A stretch of DNA of 64,000 bases, taken from Methylophilaceae bacterium (lineage in GTDB: Bacteria > Pseudomonadota > Gammaproteobacteria > Burkholderiales > Methylophilaceae). Of this stretch, positions 36,603 through 46,136 are shown one piece after another. Where the stretch lies: NCBI GenBank assembly GCA_046155285.1, contig JBJXEA010000011.1, positions 13,695 through 77,694 of the forward strand, read 5' to 3'. The position numbers were made by a program, and so were the translations under genes. Each line of letters begins with the position of its first letter. Position 1 is the first letter of the stretch. The notes under the pieces were generated by a model. That model did no database searches. It was not told the origin of the DNA and saw only the letters and a program-made list of their open reading frames with translations.

Positions 36603-38057
36603 TCAAGAATCTAGGACTTCTTTATTAAAAAGTCTTAGCGCATCTTGCTCTTTTACAAAGGCAGCGTAACGCAAATCGTTGGCACGCAGCACTAAAGCAT
36701 TGATCTCACGCATGAGAGTTATATCTTGAAGCAATGGGACAGGCACTTCAGCAAGCTGATATTGGTCAATCTCAAAGACCACTGCTCCGTAGGTATGACG
36801 ACGAATCAATGGCAGCGCCCATTCTGAACTTAACCAAGCGTACAAATAGCCCGCCCATTCTAAATTTGCTGGCACAGCCCTAAGCATATGCTGACTACCC
36901 GCCCAACCCTCCCAATGCTTAGGTACGATATTAACTTTGCCTATCGTGCCGCTGCATGTAATCAAAATCATGTTCTCGTGCAGTATTAGTTGGTCAGCAA
37001 TGCGTGCGCCGTGGTGCTTAAGTGAAAGATATTTCTCGCCACGTGGGTCAAGCTCCAGTATTTCTTTGCCGCCAATGAATGGTATGCCTTGTTTCTCGTC
37101 TACATACACCCGCTTGAACCGCCCAGGCAGAATGATGTTTTTGGTAAGTTGCTCGTCGCCCAATGCCAATACTTGTGCGGCATGGTTCCGTAAATGATTA
37201 GTGACGGCCTGCACCAAGGGGTTGTGATAATTGGCTTCAAGGCGCTGATTCAGGTTTGCGGCATTTACACTGAAACTACACAGCCCATTATCGCCATTGG
37301 GCGGTGGCGCAAAGGTTTCTATCGCAGGCAATATTAAAGCAGCTTGTAACTTGGCACGGGCTTGTTCGATTAGAGTATTGGACTCATCACGCAAACGAAA
37401 GGATTCTGTGACGGCTTGGTGGATGTGGGTTTTAAGTAGTGCTGGCGCATCTGGAATCGGTAGCTTTAGCAAATGCGCGGGCTCAATGTGTTGAATAACT
37501 GCACCGTAATTTGCTGACTGCAAAATGGCACGACCAGAGCAGCTTTTAAGGTAAATATAGATATACCCAAGATTATGTGCTTGCTTTGGCGTGAGACGGA
37601 TCACGTCATCTGAAAAGATACCGCCGACCAATGTTTTGCTTGCAATGGCGCAATTGCCTATCGTCCCAGAGCGAGTGATAAGCAAGGTGTTTTCTTTAAT
37701 CCTTAATGCATCAAGCTCTTTAATTTTTTTGACCGCTAAAAATTTAGTTGCCTCTGGCGCAAGCTCATTCAGTTGTGACGGTAAAAAGAATTTCTCACCA
37801 TGCTGTTTTGATACATAAGCGCGTTTAAAACGACCAGGATAAGTACATTCATTGGTCAATTCAGCAAGTGGTATCGCACCATACTTGCATTGAACGATAA
37901 GCTTTTTAGCTTTTTGCGCCTCCGTTGCATAAACACTCGCTTCCAACCTCAACCCACCTTCAAACACGCTTTGAATCGGCACGCTTGCCCATCCAAAGGA
38001 TTGTTGCTTGCTCGGCGCATCCCAACTGACGGCTGCTTGATGTTGGTGGGCTACCAT
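36603..38057 (-). CDS. HsdS-like DNA specificity subunit with two target-recognition domains
   Basis: Two internal repeats share RLEA.Y…PGRFKR.YV…LIT.SGTIG…YGAV. The ATG overlaps the upstream stop by 7 nt (ATGGTAG). Confidence 0.75.
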   Translation of the reverse strand: MVAHQHQAAVSWDAPSKQQSFGWASVPIQSVFEGGLRLEASVYATEAQKAKKLIVQCKYGAIPLAELTNECTYPGRFKRAYVSKQHGEKFFLPSQLNELAPEATKFLAVKKIKELDALRIKENTLLITRSGTIGNCAIASKTLVGGIFSDDVIRLTPKQAHNLGYIYIYLKSCSGRAILQSANYGAVIQHIEPAHLLKLPIPDAPALLKTHIHQAVTESFRLRDESNTLIEQARAKLQAALILPAIETFAPPPNGDNGLCSFSVNAANLNQRLEANYHNPLVQAVTNHLRNHAAQVLALGDEQLTKNIILPGRFKRVYVDEKQGIPFIGGKEILELDPRGEKYLSLKHHGARIADQLILHENMILITCSGTIGKVNIVPKHWEGWAGSQHMLRAVPANLEWAGYLYAWLSSEWALPLIRRHTYGAVVFEIDQYQLAEVPVPLLQDITLMREINALVLRANDLRYAAFVKEQDALRLFNKEVLDS

Positions 38058-40102
38058 GCAAAACCTTCATTGCGCTTCCACTCACTGAACACGGCGGGTA
38101 CAGCGCGAGTTTGGTCGTCCGGCACTTTTTCTAGTCGTTTGGCTGATTTAACAGTGGTTTGTCCGCCAGCGGTTTTGTCCAACTCGGTAATGGTCTCATC
38201 CACTTCAATCAAAATTTCTTCGCCGTGTTCGTCGCGCTGATATAGGCTGTTACCGCGCTTATCGTGACCCACTTTGTCAATCACCGCCATGAATATGTTA
38301 TAGGGGTGAAGTGTGTGGGTGCGCTGCTCTTCAGTTTTCTCCGCTATCGTTTTCTTTTGCAAAATCAAAATTGATGTTTGCACGCCAGTGTGCGGCTGAA
38401 AAGTATCGGAATCTAAATCAAGGCTGGCGACAATTTTTGCTTCGCCGATTAGCCATTGGCGGATATGTCCCAAGCCCGGTGAGCCAAGAATAGAATCTGG
38501 CAATACAATCGCCATGCGTCCGCCGGGCTTGAGTAGCTGTAGGCAGCGTTCGATAAATAGTTGTTCTGGCGGGGTTGGTGATAGAACAGCTTTTTTCTTC
38601 CATCCACCATTCCCCGTTTTTTTGGGGCTTTCCCATCCATGTCCGATGTCGTATTGGTCGAGCGTGTACTCTTCTCTAATGACAATCTGGCTGCCAAATG
38701 GTGGATTGGTGACAATCACATCAAAATACCCAATGCTATCTTTGTTGCTCAGGAGGGCGGGCGCAATGTTTAGTGACTTTGCCAGCGAGGTTTTGAATTC
38801 GGCCTCCCACATATGCGGTGGCAAGAGTGAATCGGTGCGAAGAATATTTCCACTGCCGTCATTGTTCATTACCATGTTCATTTTTGTCGCTTTAACCAAT
38901 TCTGGTGCTATGTCGAAGCCGAAAAATGAAGATTCGGCCATCTCGCCTATTCGCGTTTGCAGCGCCTTCTTTTCATCGTCATTCCATTGATTTTCTGGTT
39001 TACCCAAGTCTTTAGCCCAATCCTGTTTTAATTGGGAAATTACATGGTTCATGGCAGTCACCAAAAATCCACCTGTGCCACAAGCTGGGTCTAGTATTTT
39101 TTCATCTAGCTTGGGATTGAGCATGGCAACTGCCATGTGCATGACATTGCGAGGGGTAAAGAATTGCCCTCGATCTCCTTTCAGATTTGAGCCAACAATT
39201 TCCTCATAGGCATGACCTTTTAGATCAATGTTGGTTGACAAAAAACTATAGCTTTGCAATTCAGAAACAATTTGTGCCAAGCTGCGTGGGGTAAGCTTGA
39301 TTTCTTCGTTCGCGTCAAATATCTGGTGGAATTTTGTTTTAACGCGCTGAAAAATTCCCTCTATGCGCTGTTTGCAGGCGATTTGACCATCTATAGAAAT
39401 CCGTTCACTTGATGCCACGTAAAAATCTAGAGGTTTGGGGATATTTCGCTCATCCTCGATTTTGCAAAAAATGATCTTCAGGAATTCAAAAAATGCATTC
39501 TCTTTGTTGAATCCATCATTTATATGAATCGCCTCATGGCTGCGTCTAAAGGCTAGAAACAAATTGTCACCATCTGCGCGAACCAGCTTGTTACGTTTTG
39601 GGCGATCAATGTCTTCAGTTGAACCTGACACATCAGGAATGTCGTTAAATTCAATAAATTCCGCTTGTCCTGCGGCATTCTTTAACCTGCGCCACACTTG
39701 TCTTTGCTTACCATTTGTCCAAAGCCCCCATTCACAATTCAGGCAGGCCGACATATAGCTTTTAAGCTGTTCAATACCGTCTTTCTTATCTGATAGAGAT
39801 ACGTTTTCTTTTTTGCACTCCACAATGACGTGAATGTTTTCTTGTGTTTGGACACACCCATTCAGATAAATAACCACGTCAGCTCTTGGTTTGTTACTAC
39901 CTAGTTGCAATGTAACTTCGACCCCAATTCTATCTCTGGGGTATTTCAATTCATTTACCAACCGTTTTTCGAGATTCTGGCGGACATATTCTTCTGGCGT
40001 ATCAGAGCGGAATTTTCCAGTGATGAAGTCGCAAATTTTGCCTTCTGGAATTGTTAAATACTGTGGTTCAGTCATTGGATTTAGTGTTTTGATTGTTATC
40101 AA
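38051..40102 (-). CDS. Fusion of a PD-(D/E)xK nuclease-like N-domain and a gamma-class N6-adenine DNA methyltransferase
   Basis: N-terminus …PRADVVIYLNG…IHVIVECKKE (D…ExK). Motif I ILDPACGTGGFL comes before motif IV VTNPPFG. TTG start at 40102; alternative ATG at 40075. Confidence 0.8.
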   Translation of the reverse strand: MITIKTLNPMTEPQYLTIPEGKICDFITGKFRSDTPEEYVRQNLEKRLVNELKYPRDRIGVEVTLQLGSNKPRADVVIYLNGCVQTQENIHVIVECKKENVSLSDKKDGIEQLKSYMSACLNCEWGLWTNGKQRQVWRRLKNAAGQAEFIEFNDIPDVSGSTEDIDRPKRNKLVRADGDNLFLAFRRSHEAIHINDGFNKENAFFEFLKIIFCKIEDERNIPKPLDFYVASSERISIDGQIACKQRIEGIFQRVKTKFHQIFDANEEIKLTPRSLAQIVSELQSYSFLSTNIDLKGHAYEEIVGSNLKGDRGQFFTPRNVMHMAVAMLNPKLDEKILDPACGTGGFLVTAMNHVISQLKQDWAKDLGKPENQWNDDEKKALQTRIGEMAESSFFGFDIAPELVKATKMNMVMNNDGSGNILRTDSLLPPHMWEAEFKTSLAKSLNIAPALLSNKDSIGYFDVIVTNPPFGSQIVIREEYTLDQYDIGHGWESPKKTGNGGWKKKAVLSPTPPEQLFIERCLQLLKPGGRMAIVLPDSILGSPGLGHIRQWLIGEAKIVASLDLDSDTFQPHTGVQTSILILQKKTIAEKTEEQRTHTLHPYNIFMAVIDKVGHDKRGNSLYQRDEHGEEILIEVDETITELDKTAGGQTTVKSAKRLEKVPDDQTRAVPAVFSEWKRNEGFAW

Positions 40103-40135
40103 TTTCGGCGCATTGCTAATTCGCCCTTGATTGTA

Positions 40136-40154
40136 TTCTACGTTTTTCGTAGAA
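40136..40154. promoter_or_regulatory. Perfect 7-5-7 palindrome TTCTACG-ttttt-CGTAGAA in the divergent promoter region (candidate operator)
   Basis: Direct reading. It lies between the R-M gene start and the XRE gene ATG (40173). Confidence 0.4.
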
Positions 40155-40172
40155 CTAAAACAAAGCTAATCT

Positions 40173-40520
40173 ATGAATATCGGAGATATGGGCATTCCCA
40201 CATCTCCTTCAAAGTTGCTATTTGGTCGTCGCCTGCGTGAAGCAAGGCAACGTGCGGGGATTGCTCAGGACAAGTTAGGCGTGATGATTGGGTTAGATGA
40301 GGCAAGCAGCAGCGCGAGGATGAGCCGTTACGAAAACGGCATCCATGAGCCGCCTTTTCTTTGGGTAGAAAGGTTAGCCGAGGCTTTGGGGGTGCCTACG
40401 GCGTATTTTTATTGCAGTGATGATCGCCTTGCGGAAATCATACAAGTCTATTCAGCATTACCCGAAATTAAGCAGAAGAAGCTGCATAGTTTGACAACCG
40501 GCTTAGCCAATGAGAACTAA
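40173..40520 (+). CDS. XRE-family helix-turn-helix regulator (candidate controller protein)
   Basis: LREARQRAGIAQDKLGVMIG…MSRYENGIHEP HTH_3 pattern; 115 aa; divergent from the R-M operon. Confidence 0.75.
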   Translation: MNIGDMGIPTSPSKLLFGRRLREARQRAGIAQDKLGVMIGLDEASSSARMSRYENGIHEPPFLWVERLAEALGVPTAYFYCSDDRLAEIIQVYSALPEIKQKKLHSLTTGLANEN

Positions 40521-40523
40521 ATA

Positions 40524-40730
40524 TCAAGCAGATTGTGATTCTGCCAATGCCGCCGTCAATTCGCATTCCCGTAAATGGTTGTAACGCGCCATCTCCATCA
40601 CCACATAGCGCGGCACACATTGTACTAAAATAGCCGCTTCCGGCTGATTTCCCAGAGCGACCTTGATGGCGTGGATGCCTTTGGTCTTGAGATCATTGTC
40701 GGTAATTGTTGTCATCATTTCCCTTTCCAT
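40524..40730 (-). CDS. Phd/YefM-family antitoxin with no toxin partner
   Basis: …PRYVVMEMARYNHLRECELTAALAE resembles the Phd family. The likely start is the internal ATG at 40715-40718, after AAGGGA. Confidence 0.65.
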   Translation of the reverse strand: MEREMMTTITDNDLKTKGIHAIKVALGNQPEAAILVQCVPRYVVMEMARYNHLRECELTAALAESQSA

Positions 40731-40744
40731 AAGAAAAGAAACAA

Positions 40745-42775
40745 CTACGTGACTTCCACCATGCCGTTATGCCGCAACAGCGCATCCAAGCTTGGTTCGC
40801 GGCCTCTAAACGCGACAAATGACTCCATCGCCGGACGACTGCCGCCTTGCGCTAGAATCTCGCGCCAGAACTTTTCGCCCGTAGCCGTATTTAACCCGCC
40901 GTTGTCCTCGAACAGGCTGTAAGCATCTGCCGACAACACTTCTGCCCATTTGTAACTGTAATAACCCGCGGCGTAGCCTCCGGCAAAGATGTGGCCAAAA
41001 TTGTTGGGGAAGCGGTTGTAAGCGGGCGGGCGGATGACGGCGACCTCATCACGCACTTCTTCCAGCAATTGCAACGCGGTTTTTTGGCCATGCGCGTCGA
41101 ATGCGCTGTGGATCAGCATATCGAACAGTGAAAACTCGACTTGGCGCAAGGTCTGCATCCCCGCTTGAAAGTTCTTGGCGGCAATCATTTTGTCGAACAG
41201 CGCGCGGGGCAAGGGTTCGCCAGAGTCCACATGACTGGTCATGTGTTGTAGCACGTCCCACTCCCAGCAAAAATTTTCCATGAATTGGCTGGGAAGCTCA
41301 ACGGCATCCCACTCCACACCTCGGATGCCGGATACGCCGTAGTCTTCTACTAAAGTCAGCAAATGGTGTAGACCGTGACCGAATTCGTGGAATAGTGTGA
41401 TGACATCATCGTGTGTGAACAACGCGGGTTTGCCGCCGACTGGGGCAGAAAAGTTGCAGGTGAGGTAGGCCACCGGAGCCTCTATTTTATTGGCTTTGCG
41501 GCGACGGGTAATGGCATCATCCATCCACGCGCCACCGCGCTTTTTGTCGCGGGCATACAAATCCAAATAGAACTGGCCGACCAATGCGCCATTTTTAGTG
41601 ATCTCATAAAAACTGGCATCCTTATGCCACACCGCCGTGTCTTTTTTAGAGATTTCAACACCGTACAAAGTGCTAATCACGCGAAATAAGCCTTGTAACA
41701 CGATAGGTTCTGGGAAGTATTGCTTCACCTCTTGGTCGGAAAACGCATAGCGCTCCTCGCGCAGTTTTTCGCTGACGTAAGACGCATCCCACGTTTGTAA
41801 CTCATTGATTCCAAGCCGCTTGGCGCAAGTGCGTAAATCCGCCATATCCTTTTCAGCAAAAGGTTTGGCACGACGGCTCAAGTCTCGCAAGAAATCTAAA
41901 ACCTGCTGCGGGTTATCCGCCATTTTTGCAGCCAGTGAAAGCTCGGCATAATTGGCGTAGTCCAGCAAACTTGCCTCCTCGTGCCGCAATTGCAAAATCT
42001 TTTTAATCAAGTCGGTGTTGTCCAATTCCGGCTTGCCGAATTCGGCGGCTTTGGTGGCGTAGGCGTAGTAGAGTTTTTCGCGCAAGTCGCGGTTGTCGGC
42101 ATATTGCTGCACAGGCAGATAAGACGGGAAATGAAGCGTGATTTTCCAACCCGTTTTGCAATCCTTTTCCGCCGCTTCACGCGCTGTTTGCAGGACATCG
42201 GCGGGAATTCCCGCCAACTCAGCCTCATTTTCTATAAACAAGGCAAACGCATCGGTACTATCCATCACGTTTTCTTCAAACTTGGTGGTAATAGCGGCGA
42301 GCTCTTCTTGTATCTGCTTGAACCGCGCTTTTTTGTCCTCTGGCAACTCAGCGCCACCTAAACGGAAGTCGCGCAATTCGTTCTCCACAATTTTCTTCCT
42401 TGCCCCGCTCAAGCCCGCAAATTCTGGCTGTGCACGTAAAGCTTTGTAGCGCGCATAGAGCTTTTCGTTCTGCGATAAATCGGCTGAGAACGCGGTGAGT
42501 TGCGTCAGATTTTCGTTATAAGCCTCGCGCAATTCCGGCGTATTCACTACCGAATTAGTATGAGAAACCTGCGACCAAGCCCGCGACAAGCGCTCCGCCG
42601 CGTCATCCAGCGGCTCGATAAAATTCGCCCAGTTTGGAGTGGTGGTGTCGTTTTCTAAACGCGCAATCAGCGTGCGATATTCGTCCAATAACTGTGTGAT
42701 GGCAGGCGTGACTTGCTCCGGCTTGAGTTGATCAAATTGCGGCAAGCCGTCGAAATGGAGAAGAGGGTTGTGCAT
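40745..42775 (-). CDS. prlC: Oligopeptidase A (M3 family)
   Basis: HEFGHGLHH zinc motif; ATG 42775 (MHNPLLHFDGLP…) matches the canonical N-terminus. Confidence 0.9.
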   Translation of the reverse strand: MHNPLLHFDGLPQFDQLKPEQVTPAITQLLDEYRTLIARLENDTTTPNWANFIEPLDDAAERLSRAWSQVSHTNSVVNTPELREAYNENLTQLTAFSADLSQNEKLYARYKALRAQPEFAGLSGARKKIVENELRDFRLGGAELPEDKKARFKQIQEELAAITTKFEENVMDSTDAFALFIENEAELAGIPADVLQTAREAAEKDCKTGWKITLHFPSYLPVQQYADNRDLREKLYYAYATKAAEFGKPELDNTDLIKKILQLRHEEASLLDYANYAELSLAAKMADNPQQVLDFLRDLSRRAKPFAEKDMADLRTCAKRLGINELQTWDASYVSEKLREERYAFSDQEVKQYFPEPIVLQGLFRVISTLYGVEISKKDTAVWHKDASFYEITKNGALVGQFYLDLYARDKKRGGAWMDDAITRRRKANKIEAPVAYLTCNFSAPVGGKPALFTHDDVITLFHEFGHGLHHLLTLVEDYGVSGIRGVEWDAVELPSQFMENFCWEWDVLQHMTSHVDSGEPLPRALFDKMIAAKNFQAGMQTLRQVEFSLFDMLIHSAFDAHGQKTALQLLEEVRDEVAVIRPPAYNRFPNNFGHIFAGGYAAGYYSYKWAEVLSADAYSLFEDNGGLNTATGEKFWREILAQGGSRPAMESFVAFRGREPSLDALLRHNGMVEVT

Positions 42776-42857
42776 GGCGTGGTTTCCAAAAACTAAATAA
42801 TGATGAGGTGAATATGCAGGCGATTGAGTGTTTTCACAAGTGTAAAATGTATGAATT

Positions 42858-43682
42858 ATGCTTATCTCGCAGCAATTACAAACCGCAAAAAAAGCGCTCT
42901 CAGGCGGTGAAGCTAGTATTGACGCACAAGCTTTGATGCGGCACGCCTTGGGTGACGTTTCGCGTGCTTGGCTCATCGTGCATGAGCAAGATGAAATGTC
43001 AGCCCAACAGCAGGATGATTTTGCAACTTTATTGCAACGCCGCTTGGCGGGCGAACCAATCTCCTACATTCTGGGGATGCGCGAGTTTTATGGTTTGGAG
43101 TTCAAGGTTACGCCAGCCGTGCTGATTCCGCGTCCCGATACGGAAACGCTGGTGGAAACGGCGCTGGGATGCATTCCGCCGCATCGGCCTTGTCGCGTGT
43201 TGGATTTAGGCACGGGCAGCGGGGCGATTGCCATTGCGATTGCGCACTATCGGCCACAGGCTGAGGTGCTGGCGGTAGATACCTCTAGCGCCGCACTCGA
43301 CATTGCCAAACACAACACACAAACCCTCAACACGCCCAATGTACGTTTGTTGCAAAGCGATTGGTTTAGCGCATTGCAAGGCGAAAAATTTGACGTGATT
43401 GTAAGCAACCCGCCTTACATTGCGGCGTTCGATTCGCATTTGACAGACTTGGGGTTTGAACCCGCAACGGCACTGATTTCCGGCGCTGATGGACTGGACG
43501 ACATTCTCCGCATCGTTGCACAAGCGCCGCAATATCTGAATACAAACGGCTGGCTGCTGTTGGAGCATGGTTATGACCAAGCTTCAGCGGTAGTCAGCTT
43601 GCTAGAGGATGCGGGGTTTACTGCGGTGGGGTCGGTAGCAGACTTGGGTGGGGTGGTGCGGGTGACGCTAGGGCGAAAATGA
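42858..43682 (+). CDS. prmC: Release-factor glutamine methyltransferase
   Basis: LDLGTGSGAIA and NPPY motifs. Confidence 0.9.
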   Translation: MLISQQLQTAKKALSGGEASIDAQALMRHALGDVSRAWLIVHEQDEMSAQQQDDFATLLQRRLAGEPISYILGMREFYGLEFKVTPAVLIPRPDTETLVETALGCIPPHRPCRVLDLGTGSGAIAIAIAHYRPQAEVLAVDTSSAALDIAKHNTQTLNTPNVRLLQSDWFSALQGEKFDVIVSNPPYIAAFDSHLTDLGFEPATALISGADGLDDILRIVAQAPQYLNTNGWLLLEHGYDQASAVVSLLEDAGFTAVGSVADLGGVVRVTLGRK

Positions 43683-43695
43683 TGCTCAACGAAGC

Positions 43696-44895
43696 CTAAT
43701 CTAAAGCGCTCGCCCAAAGCTCGTTCAAATTAGCAAAATTCCACACTTTGGGGTCTTCACGGCTAACGATTTTGTCGTTGCACGGCACACGCGATAAATC
43801 CAGCACTTCTGGTGGAATGTAGCGGCTGGCTTTGGAAGAGAAGAAAATTTTGATCTTGGGCGTGGTAAGCGATTTTTTGCTTTGGTCTATGACCACCGCC
43901 AAGCGCCCAGACTCCAAGCGCACCAAAGAACCTATCGGGTAGATGCCTATGCTTTTGACGAAACTTTGGAAGATAGTCTCGTCAAAATGACCTTGCCACG
44001 TAGCCATGCGTTTCAGCGATTCGGAAGGATCCCAGCCTTCTTTGTACGGACGGTTGGAGGTGATCGCATCGTATACGTCACACACCGCGCCCATTCTGGC
44101 GAGCTGGCTGATTTGGCCGTTGATAAGCTTGTCGGGATAACCACCGCCACCTATTTTTTCATGATGATGCCGTGCTACATCCAGCGCGGATTCTGGTGCA
44201 CCTTTGGCTTCTAGCAATATGTTATAGCCCGCCATGGGGTGGCCTTGGATAATGATGAACTCTTCAGGTGTGAGTTTGCCGGGCTTGTCTAATACTTCTG
44301 TCGGAATCGCCATTTTTCCGATGTCGTGCAGCAAGCCTGCGACTCCGGCTTGGCGCGTGGTTTCTTTGTCTAACCCTAACTGCTTGGACAAAGAAACCAT
44401 CAGCGCACATACCGCCACCGAGTGCATATAGGTGTAGTCATCTTTGGTTTTGAGCCGCGCCAAACTGATGAGGGCGCTGGGGTTGCGCATGACCGAGGCA
44501 GAAATTTCTTCCACCATCGCCACCGCTTCGGTGGCATCCATGGTTTTGCCCATACGCACTTCGTGAAACATGGAACTCACCGCATCTTTAGCCTTGGCGC
44601 AGATTTTGGTGGCCTGCTCCATTTCATGCTCGATGCTGACTTCAACTGGCTTTGGGATTGGTTTTGGCGCAGAAACTACTGGTTTGACCACTTTGGGCTG
44701 CGGCACTTCTATATCCAGCCCTTTATCAGTGTCTATCACGACCTCCTCGATGTGGCTATCGAGGATGGTCTTAATAGTGGCTTGGTCTTTGATTTCAAAC
44801 TTGCTTTGCCAAAACGGATGCTGCATCCACGAGCCGCACAGCTCATGTAAATACATGCCTATGCGTAATTCTTTAGCAGGGATGCGCTTGTGCAT
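43696..44895 (-). CDS. HD-GYP domain signalling protein (putative c-di-GMP phosphodiesterase)
   Basis: HSVAV…LLHDIGK…HHEKIGGGGYP motifs. Confidence 0.85.
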   Translation of the reverse strand: MHKRIPAKELRIGMYLHELCGSWMQHPFWQSKFEIKDQATIKTILDSHIEEVVIDTDKGLDIEVPQPKVVKPVVSAPKPIPKPVEVSIEHEMEQATKICAKAKDAVSSMFHEVRMGKTMDATEAVAMVEEISASVMRNPSALISLARLKTKDDYTYMHSVAVCALMVSLSKQLGLDKETTRQAGVAGLLHDIGKMAIPTEVLDKPGKLTPEEFIIIQGHPMAGYNILLEAKGAPESALDVARHHHEKIGGGGYPDKLINGQISQLARMGAVCDVYDAITSNRPYKEGWDPSESLKRMATWQGHFDETIFQSFVKSIGIYPIGSLVRLESGRLAVVIDQSKKSLTTPKIKIFFSSKASRYIPPEVLDLSRVPCNDKIVSREDPKVWNFANLNELWASALD

Positions 44896-44903
44896 GGGAC
44901 GGG

Positions 44904-46067
44904 CTAAACGCCGGCAGACGACCTCAGAACAGAAGCTTTGTCAGTAGCTTCCCAGGTAAATTCTGGCTCATCACGACCAAAATGGCCGTAAGCTGCGGTT
45001 TTTTGATAAATCGGACGTAGTAGATCCAACATCTGCACGATACCTTTAGGACGCAAGTCAAAATTCGCCAACACCAACTCGGTGAGCTTTTCGTTAGACA
45101 CTTTACCCGTGCCATAAGTGTCCACCATCACACTGGTGGGTTTTGCCACACCGATAGCGTAACTCACTTGCACCATGCACTTAGATGCTAATCCGGCAGC
45201 GACTATATTTTTTGCGACATACCTTGCCGCATAAGCCGCAGAGCGGTCAACTTTGGATGGGTCTTTGCCGGAGAACGCGCCACCGCCGTGGGGAGCCGCA
45301 CCGCCGTAGGTATCCACAATAATTTTGCGCCCAGTTAGGCCGCAATCGCCTTGTGGGCCGCCGATGACGAATCGACCAGTTGGGTTCACCAGAAAATTGA
45401 TTTCGCCCTTGATGAGTTCTTTCGGCAGCACTGGCTTGATGATGTCTTCAATCACTGCTTCGCGTATGGATTCCAGCGAAATATCGGGCGAATGCTGAGT
45501 AGAAACCACCACGGTATCAATAGACAGCGGCTTGCCATCCACATAGCGTATCGTCACTTGCGATTTTGCATCAGGACGCAGCCAAGGCAGGCGGCCATCC
45601 TTACGCAATTGCGATTGGCGCTCCATCAGGCGATGCGCCAGATAAATCGGCAGCGGCATCAAACTCGGCGTTTCGTCGCAAGCGTAGCCAAACATCAGGC
45701 CTTGGTCACCCGCGCCTTGATTCAAATAGTCGTCAGAGGCGCGATCCACGCCCTGTGCAATGTCCGGGGATTGTTTGTCATACGCCACCAATACCGCGCA
45801 GCCTTTGTAATCAATGCCGTAATCAGTGTTGTCATAACCGATGCGTTTAATGGTGTCACGCGCCACTTGGATGTAATCCACATTTGCGGTGGTGGTGATT
45901 TCACCAGCCAGCACCACCAAACCCGTATTGGTCAGGGTCTCGGCGGCCACGCGCGAATATTTGTCTTGCGCCAAAATGGCATCGAGAATGGCATCGGAAA
46001 TCTGGTCAGAAACCTTGTCTGGATGGCCTTCAGAAACGGATTCAGAGGTAAAAAGATAGTCGCTCAT
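44904..46067 (-). CDS. metK: S-adenosylmethionine synthase
   Basis: [11 protein letters not shown]…[12 protein letters not shown]…GGGAFSGKD signatures. Confidence 0.97.
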   Translation of the reverse strand: MSDYLFTSESVSEGHPDKVSDQISDAILDAILAQDKYSRVAAETLTNTGLVVLAGEITTTANVDYIQVARDTIKRIGYDNTDYGIDYKGCAVLVAYDKQSPDIAQGVDRASDDYLNQGAGDQGLMFGYACDETPSLMPLPIYLAHRLMERQSQLRKDGRLPWLRPDAKSQVTIRYVDGKPLSIDTVVVSTQHSPDISLESIREAVIEDIIKPVLPKELIKGEINFLVNPTGRFVIGGPQGDCGLTGRKIIVDTYGGAAPHGGGAFSGKDPSKVDRSAAYAARYVAKNIVAAGLASKCMVQVSYAIGVAKPTSVMVDTYGTGKVSNEKLTELVLANFDLRPKGIVQMLDLLRPIYQKTAAYGHFGRDEPEFTWEATDKASVLRSSAGV

Positions 46068-46136
46068 TTATTAAATCGTCTGGTGTGTAAAGGGCTGCTA
46101 GAATAACAAAATTCATGTCCATTAAGAAGCAAAATA

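Noticed and set aside
45351-46106. 251-aa ORF on the plus strand
   Set aside because: It is entirely antisense to the unmistakable metK gene. It has an Arg/His-rich shadow-frame composition and no SD, so it is a typical GC-rich mirror ORF.
46068-46136. SAM riboswitch upstream of metK
   Set aside because: Only 69 nt are available and I could not recognise SAM-I, SAM-II or SAM-V signatures by eye. A covariance-model scan would be needed to overturn this.
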